A stretch of 64,000 nucleotides of DNA, from assembly GCA_946965045.2 (NCBI GenBank), contig OX337231.1, positions 2,666,001 to 2,730,000 on the forward strand, given 5' to 3'. Source of the stretch: Epithemia pelagica. Its lineage: Eukaryota; Protista; Bacillariophyta. The position numbers and the translations under genes are program-made. Each line of letters begins with the position of its first letter. Position 1 is the first letter of the stretch. The notes beneath the pieces were generated by a model. It was given only the letters and a program-made list of their open reading frames with translations. It had not been told where the DNA came from and searched no databases. Positions 34,446 through 44,335 of the stretch are shown piece by piece.

Positions 34446-35849
34446 TCAAAATTCGAGGTTGAGTTGATTCACGAAGGTTCCGAATGCGACAGAGCCACTG
34501 AACTGTATTTCTTCCGGAGATTCGATTGCGGCCTCAATGTTGGATTGGATTGCGTCGATGTCCTTCTGGGTGATCGAAGACTGGTTGGCGGGGTCAACAT
34601 GGCGGAAGTCTGGGTTGGTGAGCATTGCTGTGGCCATGCCCGCCGTCCATCCCATCACTTGCGGTCTGATATATCGGAGGAAGGCTGCGGAGGACCACCT
34701 CCCCAGTATCATGATTTTTAGAACGGACGTTTGGGCGAGGAACAGCGCCATGGCGGCTCCTGAGCGGATGGAGTGTGTACCAATTTCAGCGGGTCGGTAG
34801 CCGAACATCGAGAAACCTCCCCCTGTAATGCAAGATGAACGTAACAAGCGCATGGTGTCGTCGGAGCGGATGAATCGTGGGGTTGGGGTAGACTTGGGGC
34901 CCAGTGCCGAAGGGTCGAACCAACAATTCACCGGCGTGTTGGCTGGGGCATTGGGGAAGTAGTGGAGAATCCGACGAATAATCCTCCCACCGACTCGGAC
35001 CGGACACAAGATCTTGTCATGAGTTCGGCATTGCGTCCTGGTTTGGAACTTCTCGGAGTTCTCCTGTTGGACGAATGTGATAGAGATAAAGTGTGCCTCG
35101 TCATCAAAGTTTGGGTGAGTGGGGCTTATCTCGGTTCTCATGGTGTCGTTGCGCTTGAAGCGAATGTTACCTATTGTAAGTAGCTTGGTCTTGCCTCGTT
35201 GTTTCACCGTGCTGTACTCACAACTTCTCATTGCAAAGAAGAAGGCGAGGATGGCGAGGTCGGCAACGCATGAGGAGAAGGAGGAGCAGTCGACAATGTC
35301 GGTTGCAATCTTACAGGCGGTGATCCACATGTGTCAAAGATGGCGGGGAGTAAGTGCTTTCTGGCGTGCTTCTTCGGGGTCAAGTTGCTTCCACGCTTTC
35401 TTCAAGGTTTCTATGATGGGGTGGAGGCGGTTGCTGTGCGGGAGGTGGCAGGGGCTTGGCCGGTCGAAATGCCGGAACCTCTGTGCCACGTCGCTAAGGG
35501 CCTTTTCGAGAGTTGACGCTCGAAGAGGCCCTGTAACTGTGCGGCACCAAGTTCCGTCTCGCAATCGCTGGAGGTAGGTTCCGACGATCTGTGATCGCGT
35601 TCAAATGGACGCGATGCGATCCAGAAAGGGGTCGTCTTGGAGGTTAAAGAGTCTGAGGTGTTTAATCCATCGTCCCCATGACCGGTCTTGAGCTTGGTGG
35701 GACGATTCGACTCGTCCAAAGAATATTCTTGTAGCCGCGGTGCGACCGAGGAGATCCAAGATTTGATTTCGTTGGGCAGCTCGCAAACCCTGAAATTCCT
35801 CGGTATCTGATTGGGAAATAAAGAGTGAATGCGCGAAGTTAGATCCTTG
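34446..35849 (-). CDS. Tyrosine recombinase frame, interrupted by in-frame TGA at 35601-35603 and 35334-35336; catalytic domain intact in 34446-35330
   Basis: FFFAMRSCEY (Arg), THSIRSGAA (HxxR), GRWSSAAFLRYIR (W and Tyr). ORFs 35601-35786, 35334-35564 and 34446-35330 share one frame. Confidence 0.9.
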
Positions 35850-38794
35850 TCACAACAATCAAACGTGCGTGATAACATGTCTGTTACCACGTTCTGCCTG
35901 CCCGGGATGTGCTCGGAGTGAATCGCAAAGCGGTGTTGAAGAGTGAGTTCTGTCAGCCGCGCAGAAACTCTTTGGTGGTTCGGTTTGTTCGCGCCGAAGG
36001 ATGATCGGTGCATCCATCCGGTGGCCGAACTACTGTCAGAGAGGCCAAGCACACATGCGTCGGTTGGTAGTGCGTCGTCTAAGCACTCCTGCCATATCGT
36101 CACCACTTGGCAGATAAATTCGAAGAGGTTGTTGCTTAGTTTGGGGTCAGCCTCACCCGTTGCCTCATCTTCGACCAGATCTTCGGCCTCATGTGCCATC
36201 GCGTAGATTTCGGGGTCCAAGGCTACATGCCAGGCCTTCCCAGTTCGGAGGGAGAAGCCTCCCATACCATAAGGGCATGAGTCCGCAATGACCACATTGG
36301 TTGGTACTCTGCATGTTAAGAGGTTCATGCTCTCTCCCTCATGTGCACGATCCAACAATTTTATCCACATCTCTAAGTCGGTACGGATCGATTGTGGGAG
36401 TGTATAACGGAACCATGGGCGGGGTTGCGGCGGTGGTTTCCCTTGGTTGGTAGATTCGGAGTCTGTGGTTGCGGGTGGGTGTTTCGCGACGTAGCGTTTG
36501 ATGATCTTGGTTTTGAACGCCTGCATGCGTTTCGTATAAAAGAGGGCATTTGGAATTCCTTTGCATGCATGGGTCATCTTGCCAAGGAGAGATTCAATCT
36601 CGTCGAAGGTGCAGTAGCGGCGCTGCGGGTGGAGGATTGCTTGGATTTGCTTCGTCCAGCCGAGGAATTTATCACGTGGAAGTATCAGTAACAGACGCCT
36701 CGTATCCAACAACCAACCGAGAACGCGCATGGTCTCGGAAGGCGCACCCTCGGCCTTCATCTTGTCTTCTGCGAGAATGGCGGTTCTGTGGATGGGTTCA
36801 TCGTCGGCAAGGGGACGGACGATCATGTGTAGGACCAGAGGGACGATGCTGGGCGTGCGTTGGGTGTTTGCGTCGTTATCGATGAATACTTGGACCATGT
36901 CGTCCAGGTACACATCGTGGAATCCTTTGGGCTTGGTCTCGACGTCGACGGCCAGTGGTTGGCCAGGGTGGAACGGAATTGAGTCGTCTAATCTGCAGAT
37001 CGGACCCATCATCTCTTGGAGGGGTGAGTGGCAAATTCGGGGATGCCATTCTTCAAGGTCAGTGATGTCATTACACAGGTCACAGGCTACCTCGGAGAAC
37101 ACACTAAACATGGCTGGGTGTGGGCGACCGCCGAATGACAGGCGAGTCAGGATATTGGCGAACTCGCCACTGCAATCAGTGGTGATCGTGCTTGCTGTGA
37201 GGGTCCCATCTCCATTGATCCGCCTATATGCGGATCCCCAATCAAACTTGCAAATGAGGATGCGGTCAGTGGGAAACGCATTTCGCAATGCAACAATTTG
37301 ATGAAACAGACGGTTAAGGCACCAGCCGAAAACCAAGTCAGGTAGTTCGGAGTCGTCAACGAGGTCGTTCAGGCTCGGGGAAAAACCAAGGGAAAAGGAT
37401 TGGTCGTGGGCGAGGCGATCTTTCATCACAATATCGCCGTCTTCATTAATTCCAGCATGTTGGGCGACTCCAAGTGGGCCAACGCGTCCGTTTTTTATTT
37501 TTCGTGCACAGTCGAAAGTAATCGGCAAGGAGAAGCCGAACTTGGTGTCCTTCTCGGAAACTTTTCGAAGGGCTTCGGGGCGCTTGACTGCAGAAGAGTG
37601 GTTCCCGTACTCAAGGATTGCTTCGTTTTCAAGTTCTCGGTCAGAATCTGGGGGTAAGTTTTTGAACTTGTAGCTTGCTCCTCGAAACAACATGGATGAG
37701 AGGATTGGCCAGAAAGGGTGACGGTGAAGGAGTGGTTCAATCACATGGATTGGGCAGAATTCCGAGCCGGGGCTAAGTGTACTATCCGGATGGGCATCGA
37801 AAAGTGCTTGCAGATCGCATCCGAATTCTTCAATAAGTTCTGAGTTGGTCTGCGCGGCTGACAGGGTAAGTTGGTGAACGAATGGTGACGCCTTGGGGGT
37901 TGCAACGGATGAGTTGCAGATGGAGACGATTTGGGCGACCGTGTGTTCGAAGTTCGTGGCAGAACGTGGTGGTCTCGGTATTTTCCGATGGAAAATTTGA
38001 GCGGGGTCGTTCGGAAGATATGGTTCCTGAATGTCAACAGGGATCGAGCCGGAACGTTGTGGGGGTGACAGATCGATGGACTCACCTAATAATTCTTCAC
38101 TAGAGGCCAGTTCATCTTGTAGTCTTGATAGGTTTCGTTGTAGGGATCTTCCGGAAGTGTCCGAGGCAATGATTGGTGAAGGGGCACCAAGGCGTGGTCT
38201 GCCAAACGGAATTTGTGAGGAAGAATCTGTGGGAGTGGGAAAAACACGAGCTTCCGAGTCTTGCTGGCGTGCGGCAACGGATACAGCGTCTAAGAGAGAA
38301 CGGTTAGAAGCGCAAAGGGTTGGGGGATCCTTGGGGGAATCAGTGTCTGGGTCTTCAAAAGTAGTACCGTCGCGTGCCGAGTCTGGTCGCAGAATGGAAG
38401 AAGGGATCTTGGATGATGATGGTAGTCGTTTCTTAGACACTGGGGCGGTAGTGGAAAAGGATTTGCAACGGACAGTGTCAGAAAATTCGACTCGGCGAGG
38501 TGGAGCAGAAGTGTGGTCTTCAGGAAGATCCAAAAATTCTTGGATTTGGAATCTAGAGGCAATATCATGGTCGGATAATCGGAATTCGTCAGAGAAGACA
38601 CGGGGAATCACTGGAATCGGAATGCAAGGCATGGAGCGCATTAAGGCGGAATCGTCAACTGCTAAGGAGGGAGGTGATCGGGTGCTGAGAGAAGGTTCCG
38701 GAGGGACAAGTGAATTCGAATAAGAAGAACAACCGTGGTCGTTAGAGGATGGTGAAGCAACACTATTCGAAATGACACTTGGCCCAACACCCAG
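35411..38794 (-). CDS. Pol: reverse transcriptase plus DIRS-type RNase H; frame open from the gag stop codon, first ATG at 38641
   Basis: KFDWGSAYRRI, RLSFGG, VYLDD; RNase H motifs ADSCPYGMGG, NLFEF, SDSSSATGW, HIPGRQNVVTDMLSR. Confidence 0.93.
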   Translation of the reverse strand: MGVGPSVISNSVASPSSNDHGCSSYSNSLVPPEPSLSTRSPPSLAVDDSALMRSMPCIPIPVIPRVFSDEFRLSDHDIASRFQIQEFLDLPEDHTSAPPRRVEFSDTVRCKSFSTTAPVSKKRLPSSSKIPSSILRPDSARDGTTFEDPDTDSPKDPPTLCASNRSLLDAVSVAARQQDSEARVFPTPTDSSSQIPFGRPRLGAPSPIIASDTSGRSLQRNLSRLQDELASSEELLGESIDLSPPQRSGSIPVDIQEPYLPNDPAQIFHRKIPRPPRSATNFEHTVAQIVSICNSSVATPKASPFVHQLTLSAAQTNSELIEEFGCDLQALFDAHPDSTLSPGSEFCPIHVIEPLLHRHPFWPILSSMLFRGASYKFKNLPPDSDRELENEAILEYGNHSSAVKRPEALRKVSEKDTKFGFSLPITFDCARKIKNGRVGPLGVAQHAGINEDGDIVMKDRLAHDQSFSLGFSPSLNDLVDDSELPDLVFGWCLNRLFHQIVALRNAFPTDRILICKFDWGSAYRRINGDGTLTASTITTDCSGEFANILTRLSFGGRPHPAMFSVFSEVACDLCNDITDLEEWHPRICHSPLQEMMGPICRLDDSIPFHPGQPLAVDVETKPKGFHDVYLDDMVQVFIDNDANTQRTPSIVPLVLHMIVRPLADDEPIHRTAILAEDKMKAEGAPSETMRVLGWLLDTRRLLLILPRDKFLGWTKQIQAILHPQRRYCTFDEIESLLGKMTHACKGIPNALFYTKRMQAFKTKIIKRYVAKHPPATTDSESTNQGKPPPQPRPWFRYTLPQSIRTDLEMWIKLLDRAHEGESMNLLTCRVPTNVVIADSCPYGMGGFSLRTGKAWHVALDPEIYAMAHEAEDLVEDEATGEADPKLSNNLFEFICQVVTIWQECLDDALPTDACVLGLSDSSSATGWMHRSSFGANKPNHQRVSARLTELTLQHRFAIHSEHIPGRQNVVTDMLSRTFDCCDKDLTSRIHSLFPNQIPRNFRVCELPNEIKSWISSVAPRLQEYSLDESNRPTKLKTGHGDDGLNTSDSLTSKTTPFWIASRPFERDHRSSEPTSSDCETELGAAQLQGLFERQLSKRPLATWHRGSGISTGQAPATSRTATASTPS

Positions 38795-38797
38795 TCA
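38707..38797 (-). promoter_or_regulatory. Candidate stop-codon readthrough cassette: UGA-CUG, 13-nt spacer, bipartite stem-loop
   Basis: Inverted pairs caagtg(38707-12)/cacttg(38776-81) and ttcgaata(38715-22)/tattcgaa(38764-71); stop at 38795-38797. Confidence 0.55.
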
Positions 38798-41572
38798 GGA
38801 AGACTTCTTCTTCTTCGCTTCAGCAAAAACCTTCTTATAGAAGGCTGTCATCTTGTCGGCTTTGCCATGTTCTTTGGGGTCGGCGTGAAGAAAATGGCAA
38901 GCGTTACCATTACGGTAGTATTTCATGGTGAACAGCTTGTTGCAAAAGGGTCTCTCTTTACCTTGGACCGAGAGTTTGGGAATTCCGGCAAGAACATCAC
39001 GGGTAAATACCTTGGAGTACTTCAAGTCTGCTGGGATGCACCACTCAGGGGGTGATTTGTATCGCGCACTCAAGGCACGGGAGTCGGGCTCCGCAGAAGG
39101 AGAGGATCTTTTCTTTCCAGGACCGTCACCACCAACACCAGGGGCTCGAGAACCGTCGGATTTTGCCTTGGAACGGATGGCTTGTTCAATAAACTTAGGG
39201 AGCATCTTGCAGATGTCTTCCTTTGACTCAATTTTGTCGCCAAGTTTGTTGAAATGGAAATCAAGTTTATCACAACGAATGTCTTCCAAACATTCAGCAT
39301 CTTCGAGACTCTTGTCGATGAAGCGTTGAATCGCGAAATCAATAGAGAATAAGACCCGACAAAGGAAGGTGGGGTCGAAATCCTGGCTATTCCGATAGAT
39401 GAAGCGATTCGATAAGAAATGTTCAACCATCTTGTGAATCTGAAGGCAAGCATAAGAATTTTCATTCCAGATGGCGCAAGCGAACAAGTAGTAAGAACGG
39501 AGTTGCATGGCATATTCATCACAAGTCAAAGGGAAGAATAATTTTTCGTTCACAAAGATGTCTCGCATATCTTTGGTTGAAAGGCCGTTATCATGACGAA
39601 GAGAACTTTCGTAAATATCATGCTGGATATCATGATCGAGGGAGCGGTGAGAAGACGAGCCAGAGCATCCATTCGGGTCGAAGGAAAACGGGGAAAAACC
39701 ACTAGGATGATCGTCGCCTCGCCAACCGAGGCCATACTTCTGAAGGACACCGCACTGACCAAACAGTATGTGGCAAGCATTATCGGATTTACGAAAGACT
39801 CGAGCATGAATGGTCGAGTACAAGGTATGAGTACTCTTTTGCCGAAAAAGCTCCGTTGCGATTTCGGACGGAGACTGGGGTAGATCAACTGTGTCAGGAC
39901 CAACTTGTCCAAACACAATCCCATTACGCAAATGAGAAGTGTGCTTGAAGATTTCTCGTTTTTCTTCATCTTTTTCTTTCGACAAGTTCTTGGAGTGTTT
40001 CATAAGCGATTCCGAAAACTGCTCGGACAGTTTATCGGCCATGTATATCGCATCAGCGGAAACAGAAGAACTAGAAGGAGGAGCCGCAGCAGCAACGGGG
40101 GTAGTGGAGGTGAGGGAAGCTGGAGGGTTTCCATGGGGTGCTTGGGGTAGGCCGGTCGTCGGAGTCGGTGGAAGAGCAGGTGACGCTGAATCACCATGGA
40201 ACTTCGGGAACAAGCGGCCAAGATGAGACTTGAATGAAAGGAGTGAGGAATCAAATGTTGCCGGTACCTCAAAAGAAACGGTATCCATTGACGCGTACTT
40301 ATGGTGAGCAAACCATAAGAAACGGAACAGAGGCAATGCAACCTTGAACAGATCGTGGTCAATGGGGGTCAATGTCAATTTCTTCTGGGCATCGATAGGT
40401 GTACAACAAGTCCAACGAGAGATGATGAGGTTGAAAATGCCTGATGCGATTGAGGGGGCGCCGCAACGGGGGGTACCGTAGCCATGTTTCAAGAACAATC
40501 GCAACAATTCACCAGAGAATGAAGGGTGGACCGGAAAGATTCCTTTACAGGTAAAGGAATTCTCGGGAGCATCAGGGTCCGAAGGATTCTTGGGTTTCTT
40601 CAGGTTACCAAAGGCGGCAAAGTCAAACTTGAAGCTAGGAAGACGATCATCCGGGCGTTTCTTCTTGGAAGAAGAAACACTAGTGTCGTAAGCACAAGTC
40701 TTGAAGATTTCGGTAGCAGAGGGGACTCCTGAGTAATCGACATTGAGGAGTAATCCCGAGTCGATATCATCCGTATCAAAGCAGATAGGGGGGGAACCAA
40801 ATTTCGCATGGCAAAGGCCAATAAAGGATGGGACGGGATTCAGAAAGTTTCCAGAATCCGGGCCGATCAGTAAGTTGTGAACTAAACGAATCTTGCCTTT
40901 GGGGTCAACACAGAGAAAGGCTTGGGAAGAGGCATTCAATTCACAGGAGATGAACCGTTGGAGTTCAGAGCTCGAGGTAACTCGATCAAATTCCTTGCAG
41001 AATTTAAACCAAGAGGAAGAGTCCCGATCAAGAGAAAGGTTAAAAGGAAGTGTAAAGGAATCGGACCAATCAACCGGGGGGTAAGAGGATAAGGACTCAA
41101 CAATGGGCGACGGGATAGGGGGAGGAGCTCTAAAGACATCGGAAGGACGGCTAAGAGAAAGTCCCGCACCGGAAACAGTCTCAGGGGTTCGCTGAGTGGG
41201 AGCACGCTTAGAGGGAGGAGCGTTAGGCTTGGAAGGGCGTTTCGGAGACTTAGGAAACTTCTTCTTTTTCGTCTTCGACTCAGAAGAAGAGTTTATGGAA
41301 AGATTCTCGATCTTGGCTGAAGAGGAAGAAGCTTCGTCGTCACATTCAACGTCCTCAAGATCACTCGTTGAAGGAGTGAGAGTAGGATCATACGGAGCGA
41401 AGGGATCATACTCAACACCAACGCCATGATGGGATTCTAGGAGTTGGGAAGGTTGAGAGACAACGGCTGCAATGGGAGCAGTCCCGTCCACGCCATGAGC
41501 TGCAGGGGATTCCCCAGGTCCCTCATCTTCATCGAAGAAGAGGTCGTCCTTAAAAGGTTCCGTAACAGTCAT
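38795..41572 (-). CDS. ORF1 (gag-like, 925 aa) with a degenerate C-terminal CCCH-type finger
   Basis: First long ORF inside the element; ends FCNKLFTMKYYRNGNACHFLH...KKKKSS*. Confidence 0.82.
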   Translation of the reverse strand: MTVTEPFKDDLFFDEDEGPGESPAAHGVDGTAPIAAVVSQPSQLLESHHGVGVEYDPFAPYDPTLTPSTSDLEDVECDDEASSSSAKIENLSINSSSESKTKKKKFPKSPKRPSKPNAPPSKRAPTQRTPETVSGAGLSLSRPSDVFRAPPPIPSPIVESLSSYPPVDWSDSFTLPFNLSLDRDSSSWFKFCKEFDRVTSSSELQRFISCELNASSQAFLCVDPKGKIRLVHNLLIGPDSGNFLNPVPSFIGLCHAKFGSPPICFDTDDIDSGLLLNVDYSGVPSATEIFKTCAYDTSVSSSKKKRPDDRLPSFKFDFAAFGNLKKPKNPSDPDAPENSFTCKGIFPVHPSFSGELLRLFLKHGYGTPRCGAPSIASGIFNLIISRWTCCTPIDAQKKLTLTPIDHDLFKVALPLFRFLWFAHHKYASMDTVSFEVPATFDSSLLSFKSHLGRLFPKFHGDSASPALPPTPTTGLPQAPHGNPPASLTSTTPVAAAAPPSSSSVSADAIYMADKLSEQFSESLMKHSKNLSKEKDEEKREIFKHTSHLRNGIVFGQVGPDTVDLPQSPSEIATELFRQKSTHTLYSTIHARVFRKSDNACHILFGQCGVLQKYGLGWRGDDHPSGFSPFSFDPNGCSGSSSHRSLDHDIQHDIYESSLRHDNGLSTKDMRDIFVNEKLFFPLTCDEYAMQLRSYYLFACAIWNENSYACLQIHKMVEHFLSNRFIYRNSQDFDPTFLCRVLFSIDFAIQRFIDKSLEDAECLEDIRCDKLDFHFNKLGDKIESKEDICKMLPKFIEQAIRSKAKSDGSRAPGVGGDGPGKKRSSPSAEPDSRALSARYKSPPEWCIPADLKYSKVFTRDVLAGIPKLSVQGKERPFCNKLFTMKYYRNGNACHFLHADPKEHGKADKMTAFYKKVFAEAKKKKSS

Positions 41573-41608
41573 AGCGAAAAGAAAGCAGAAGCGGCAGCAA
41601 AAAACAAC

Positions 41609-41827
41609 TTTGATTGTCTCTTAGGTCTATCTATCTGTAGACCTCGTCTCTCAGGATGGCAGTGTCAGTGTCAGAGCACACGATCCCAAGATTGTGAGCT
41701 CTAGACTCTTGCGCATGGATTGGCAACTGGACTCGTATCTTGTGTCCGCGAGATCGTCCACCTGGCGCGTCATTGCCCGACATGCGCGCGCTCCACTGCC
41801 CTGCTCCGACGTACGCACGACAGACAC
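41609..41827 (-). repeat. Repeat A1 (219 bp), 5' terminus of the element
   Basis: Identical by eye to 34019-34237. Confidence 0.95.
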
Positions 41828-42658
41828 GGAACACAACAAAGCATTCAGCTTCAACCTATACGGGACTGTCACCCCTCGGGGTGCGAGAATATCCGAACAG
41901 GTTCGCCCCTCTTCATTTTGGTATAGTCAAGCTCCCCTCTTAGAAAATCTACTCTCCTATCTGCTATTCCAAGTCGTTGGGGTTGTTAGGAGTAGTTCAG
42001 ACTTTAGACGCCTACATCCTACTCCCTAAATAGGTACACCAAGCGTCGACAAACATTGGGATCAACCCATATCGGAAAAGAGACAAGCACAGGAGAAGAC
42101 GGAAAGATACTGCGTTGAACACGGACCTGAGTTTGTGGGGTAATGCAAGTGGTGGGAGGAGAATTGACAAACCACATGGAAAAAGTACTCTTGCATGAAG
42201 AGCAGTTTTTCACCTCTGTTTCTCAGATCAAACGAAAATAACGATAGGATTATTTTAAAACTGTGGCTTGTTTTTTTTACAGAATGTGAAAGGAACGTCC
42301 TAGATCTTCAAGGTTTGGATGTATTGTTGCTCTATCTCAAGCGCCATCTGTAGTCACTCTCGATAGGTAGGAGGCACTGCACATAAACAGAAAGGGACCA
42401 CCGTTTCCCCAGAAAAAAGTGAAGTTGCGTTCGAAAGCAATGAGTACACTGCTGGAATTTCAGCAACTCTGTTCGAAACCGCAGGTCTCGGCAAAAAGGT
42501 CACAAAGTAGCCGAACGAAAAGTAGACGTATAAATGTAGAGAAACTGATGGACAAGTTCTATGTTATCCAAACAAGCTCAATAGCTCTCACCAGCAAAAG
42601 TTCTGCTGGAAACGAGGGTAACCCATCTCAGACGACTCGAGAATCCAAAAAATCCTGT

Positions 42659-43151
42659 TTACTCGGCATCGATACCTCCTTCACGTCCAGCCCGGCGGGA
42701 TTCGGTTTGGATGAAGAGGTTGATAAGGAACAAGCATGGAAGAAGAGTTCCAAGGGCAACAGCCAAGTAAGCACCGAATTGAACCTCAAGGGCAAGGGTG
42801 TTGGTGGGGAAGTCAACGGCGAAGGCAGGGGCGGCAGCGACGAAAGCGGCGGCAGGAACAGCAGCCTCGGTGAAGGCAGCAGTAGCAACTGTAGAAAAGA
42901 AACGAGATCATGGTGAGTACGGATGATTTTCGTCCAATGTCGGCATGTGCATGGTGGCATGTGTATAGATGGCCACTGACGTCAGAAGGTTCAAGAAGCC
43001 TGGACCATCAGAAAAATCAACTTCACCCGTCCATCGAAGAATGACTCTGTTTGAGATCCAACACCTACTCACCCTTAGGCACCTGGTTTGGCGCAAAGGC
43101 CATGGCGGCGGCGAAAAGAGAGAAAAGGGAAAGAAGTTGGAAAGTCTTCAT
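42659..43151 (-). CDS. psbM: Nucleus-encoded photosystem II subunit M precursor; intron 42889-43072
   Basis: Spliced product MKTFQLLSLFSLFAAAMAFAP...LALEVQFGAYLAVALGTLLPCLFLINLFIQTESRRAGREGGIDAE. Bipartite presequence plus a PsbM-like single TM helix (EV...LFLINLFIQT). Not in the ORF track. Confidence 0.85.
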
Positions 43152-43606
43152 GGTACCTAGTGTATTGAATGCTGCTGCTTCTCTTGACGATCGCGAGGCG
43201 ATTTTGCACAAATGCGTGTCAATTGTGGCGGATCTTTGAAGTCAACTTCCGGGTTGGTTTCGTTTTCCGCGACCCCGCCCAAATGAGCTACCTCACAAGT
43301 CGATCATGCTAGTAGGTAGCAGTAACGCCGATCACAACCATGACGCAAAACACTTGTCTACTCCTAAGAGAAGGAATATAGCGGAGTAGGAGTATTAAAC
43401 AAAACGATCATGTCTGACATTTGATGCATACTTATTCGTGTTAAGCGTTAGTCTATCACAGACATCTGTTTCTGCCATCAACTCGAAGCCTACATTGTGG
43501 CTACTTATGTTAGGTCTAGTCTAGCATGTGGAACAAGTCCCGACAAGTGTATTTCCCATTAATTACAAGGAGTCCGCAAGCATCTAGAATTACAACCTTC
43601 TATTGC

Positions 43607-44335
43607 TTACATGGACCAGTATGGGAAGTCTTCGTATCCAAGAGCAGTTTGGGTAGCGATACCTCCGAAGGCCAACATAGCAAGTCGGCCGTTGTTGATC
43701 TCCTTGGTCTTCATGTCGAAAACAGCAGCTTCGTCTTTGGAAAGCAACTTGCTTCCAAATGCGTAGTCACCAGCATCACGAGTGATCTCACCCTTGGAAA
43801 CTTGGACAAGGGCAGCACCCGAACAGACCTCAATGAAACCAATCGCCAAAAGCAAAACACCCATGGTACCTTGTTCGACCAAAATGTCATGGGCTTGGTA
43901 GGAATTGGGGATGCTGTCGAATGGCTCTCCGGCAAGAGGGAAGCGAGCGCCAAGGTCGACGGCGATCCATCCAGAGACAGCCATCATAGCAACACGACCG
44001 TGCTTCAATTCGGCTTCTCTCATCCAGTAGAGGGTGTCAATTCCATCGGTTTCTTCCCATGAGGGCGGTTGGATGAAACCGGCAAAGTTTTTGGGGATGG
44101 AGGACAAAAAGAAGGGGTCGAATCCGTAGTCCCCGGGCAAAGTTCCATCCAAAGCCTTGGCACGAGGAAGGTATGGGACAGCAGCAGATCGTTCCGTCTT
44201 CTCAACCATGTCGTTCCAAAGACGAGGGGGCGTGTCATTGAGTTCGGTGGTGCATGCTTGCTTTGTGCTTGAGGGGGCAAAGGCCAAGGCCGAACCGGCC
44301 ATGCTGGCAACAAGAGAAGCGGCAAAGTACTTCAT
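43607..44335 (-). CDS. Light-harvesting fucoxanthin-chlorophyll protein, probably Lhcr (PSI-associated) type
   Basis: AFAP presequence, AVPYLPR..ALDG.LPGDYGFDP, REAELKHGRVAM, KEINNGRLAM. Confidence 0.9.
   Translation of the reverse strand: MKYFAASLVASMAGSALAFAPSSTKQACTTELNDTPPRLWNDMVEKTERSAAVPYLPRAKALDGTLPGDYGFDPFFLSSIPKNFAGFIQPPSWEETDGIDTLYWMREAELKHGRVAMMAVSGWIAVDLGARFPLAGEPFDSIPNSYQAHDILVEQGTMGVLLLAIGFIEVCSGAALVQVSKGEITRDAGDYAFGSKLLSKDEAAVFDMKTKEINNGRLAMLAFGGIATQTALGYEDFPYWSM

Larger units (their letters stand above)
33861..41827 (-). mobile_element. Full-length Ngaro/PAT-like tyrosine-recombinase (DIRS-order) retrotransposon with split direct repeats A1-gag-RT/RH-YR-B1-A2-B2
   Basis: Identical repeat pairs A (219 bp) and B (140 bp), plus RT, RNase H and YR motifs; no target-site duplication seen. 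Confidence 0.95.

Noticed and set aside
36729-38723. Plus-strand ORFs of 190 and 230 aa inside the retrotransposon
   Set aside because: Antisense shadows of Pol; no independent evidence.
33861-41827. Reading repeats A and B as LTRs or as a CRISPR array
   Set aside because: Split A/B order, tyrosine recombinase instead of integrase, no TSD, and no short regularly spaced repeats.
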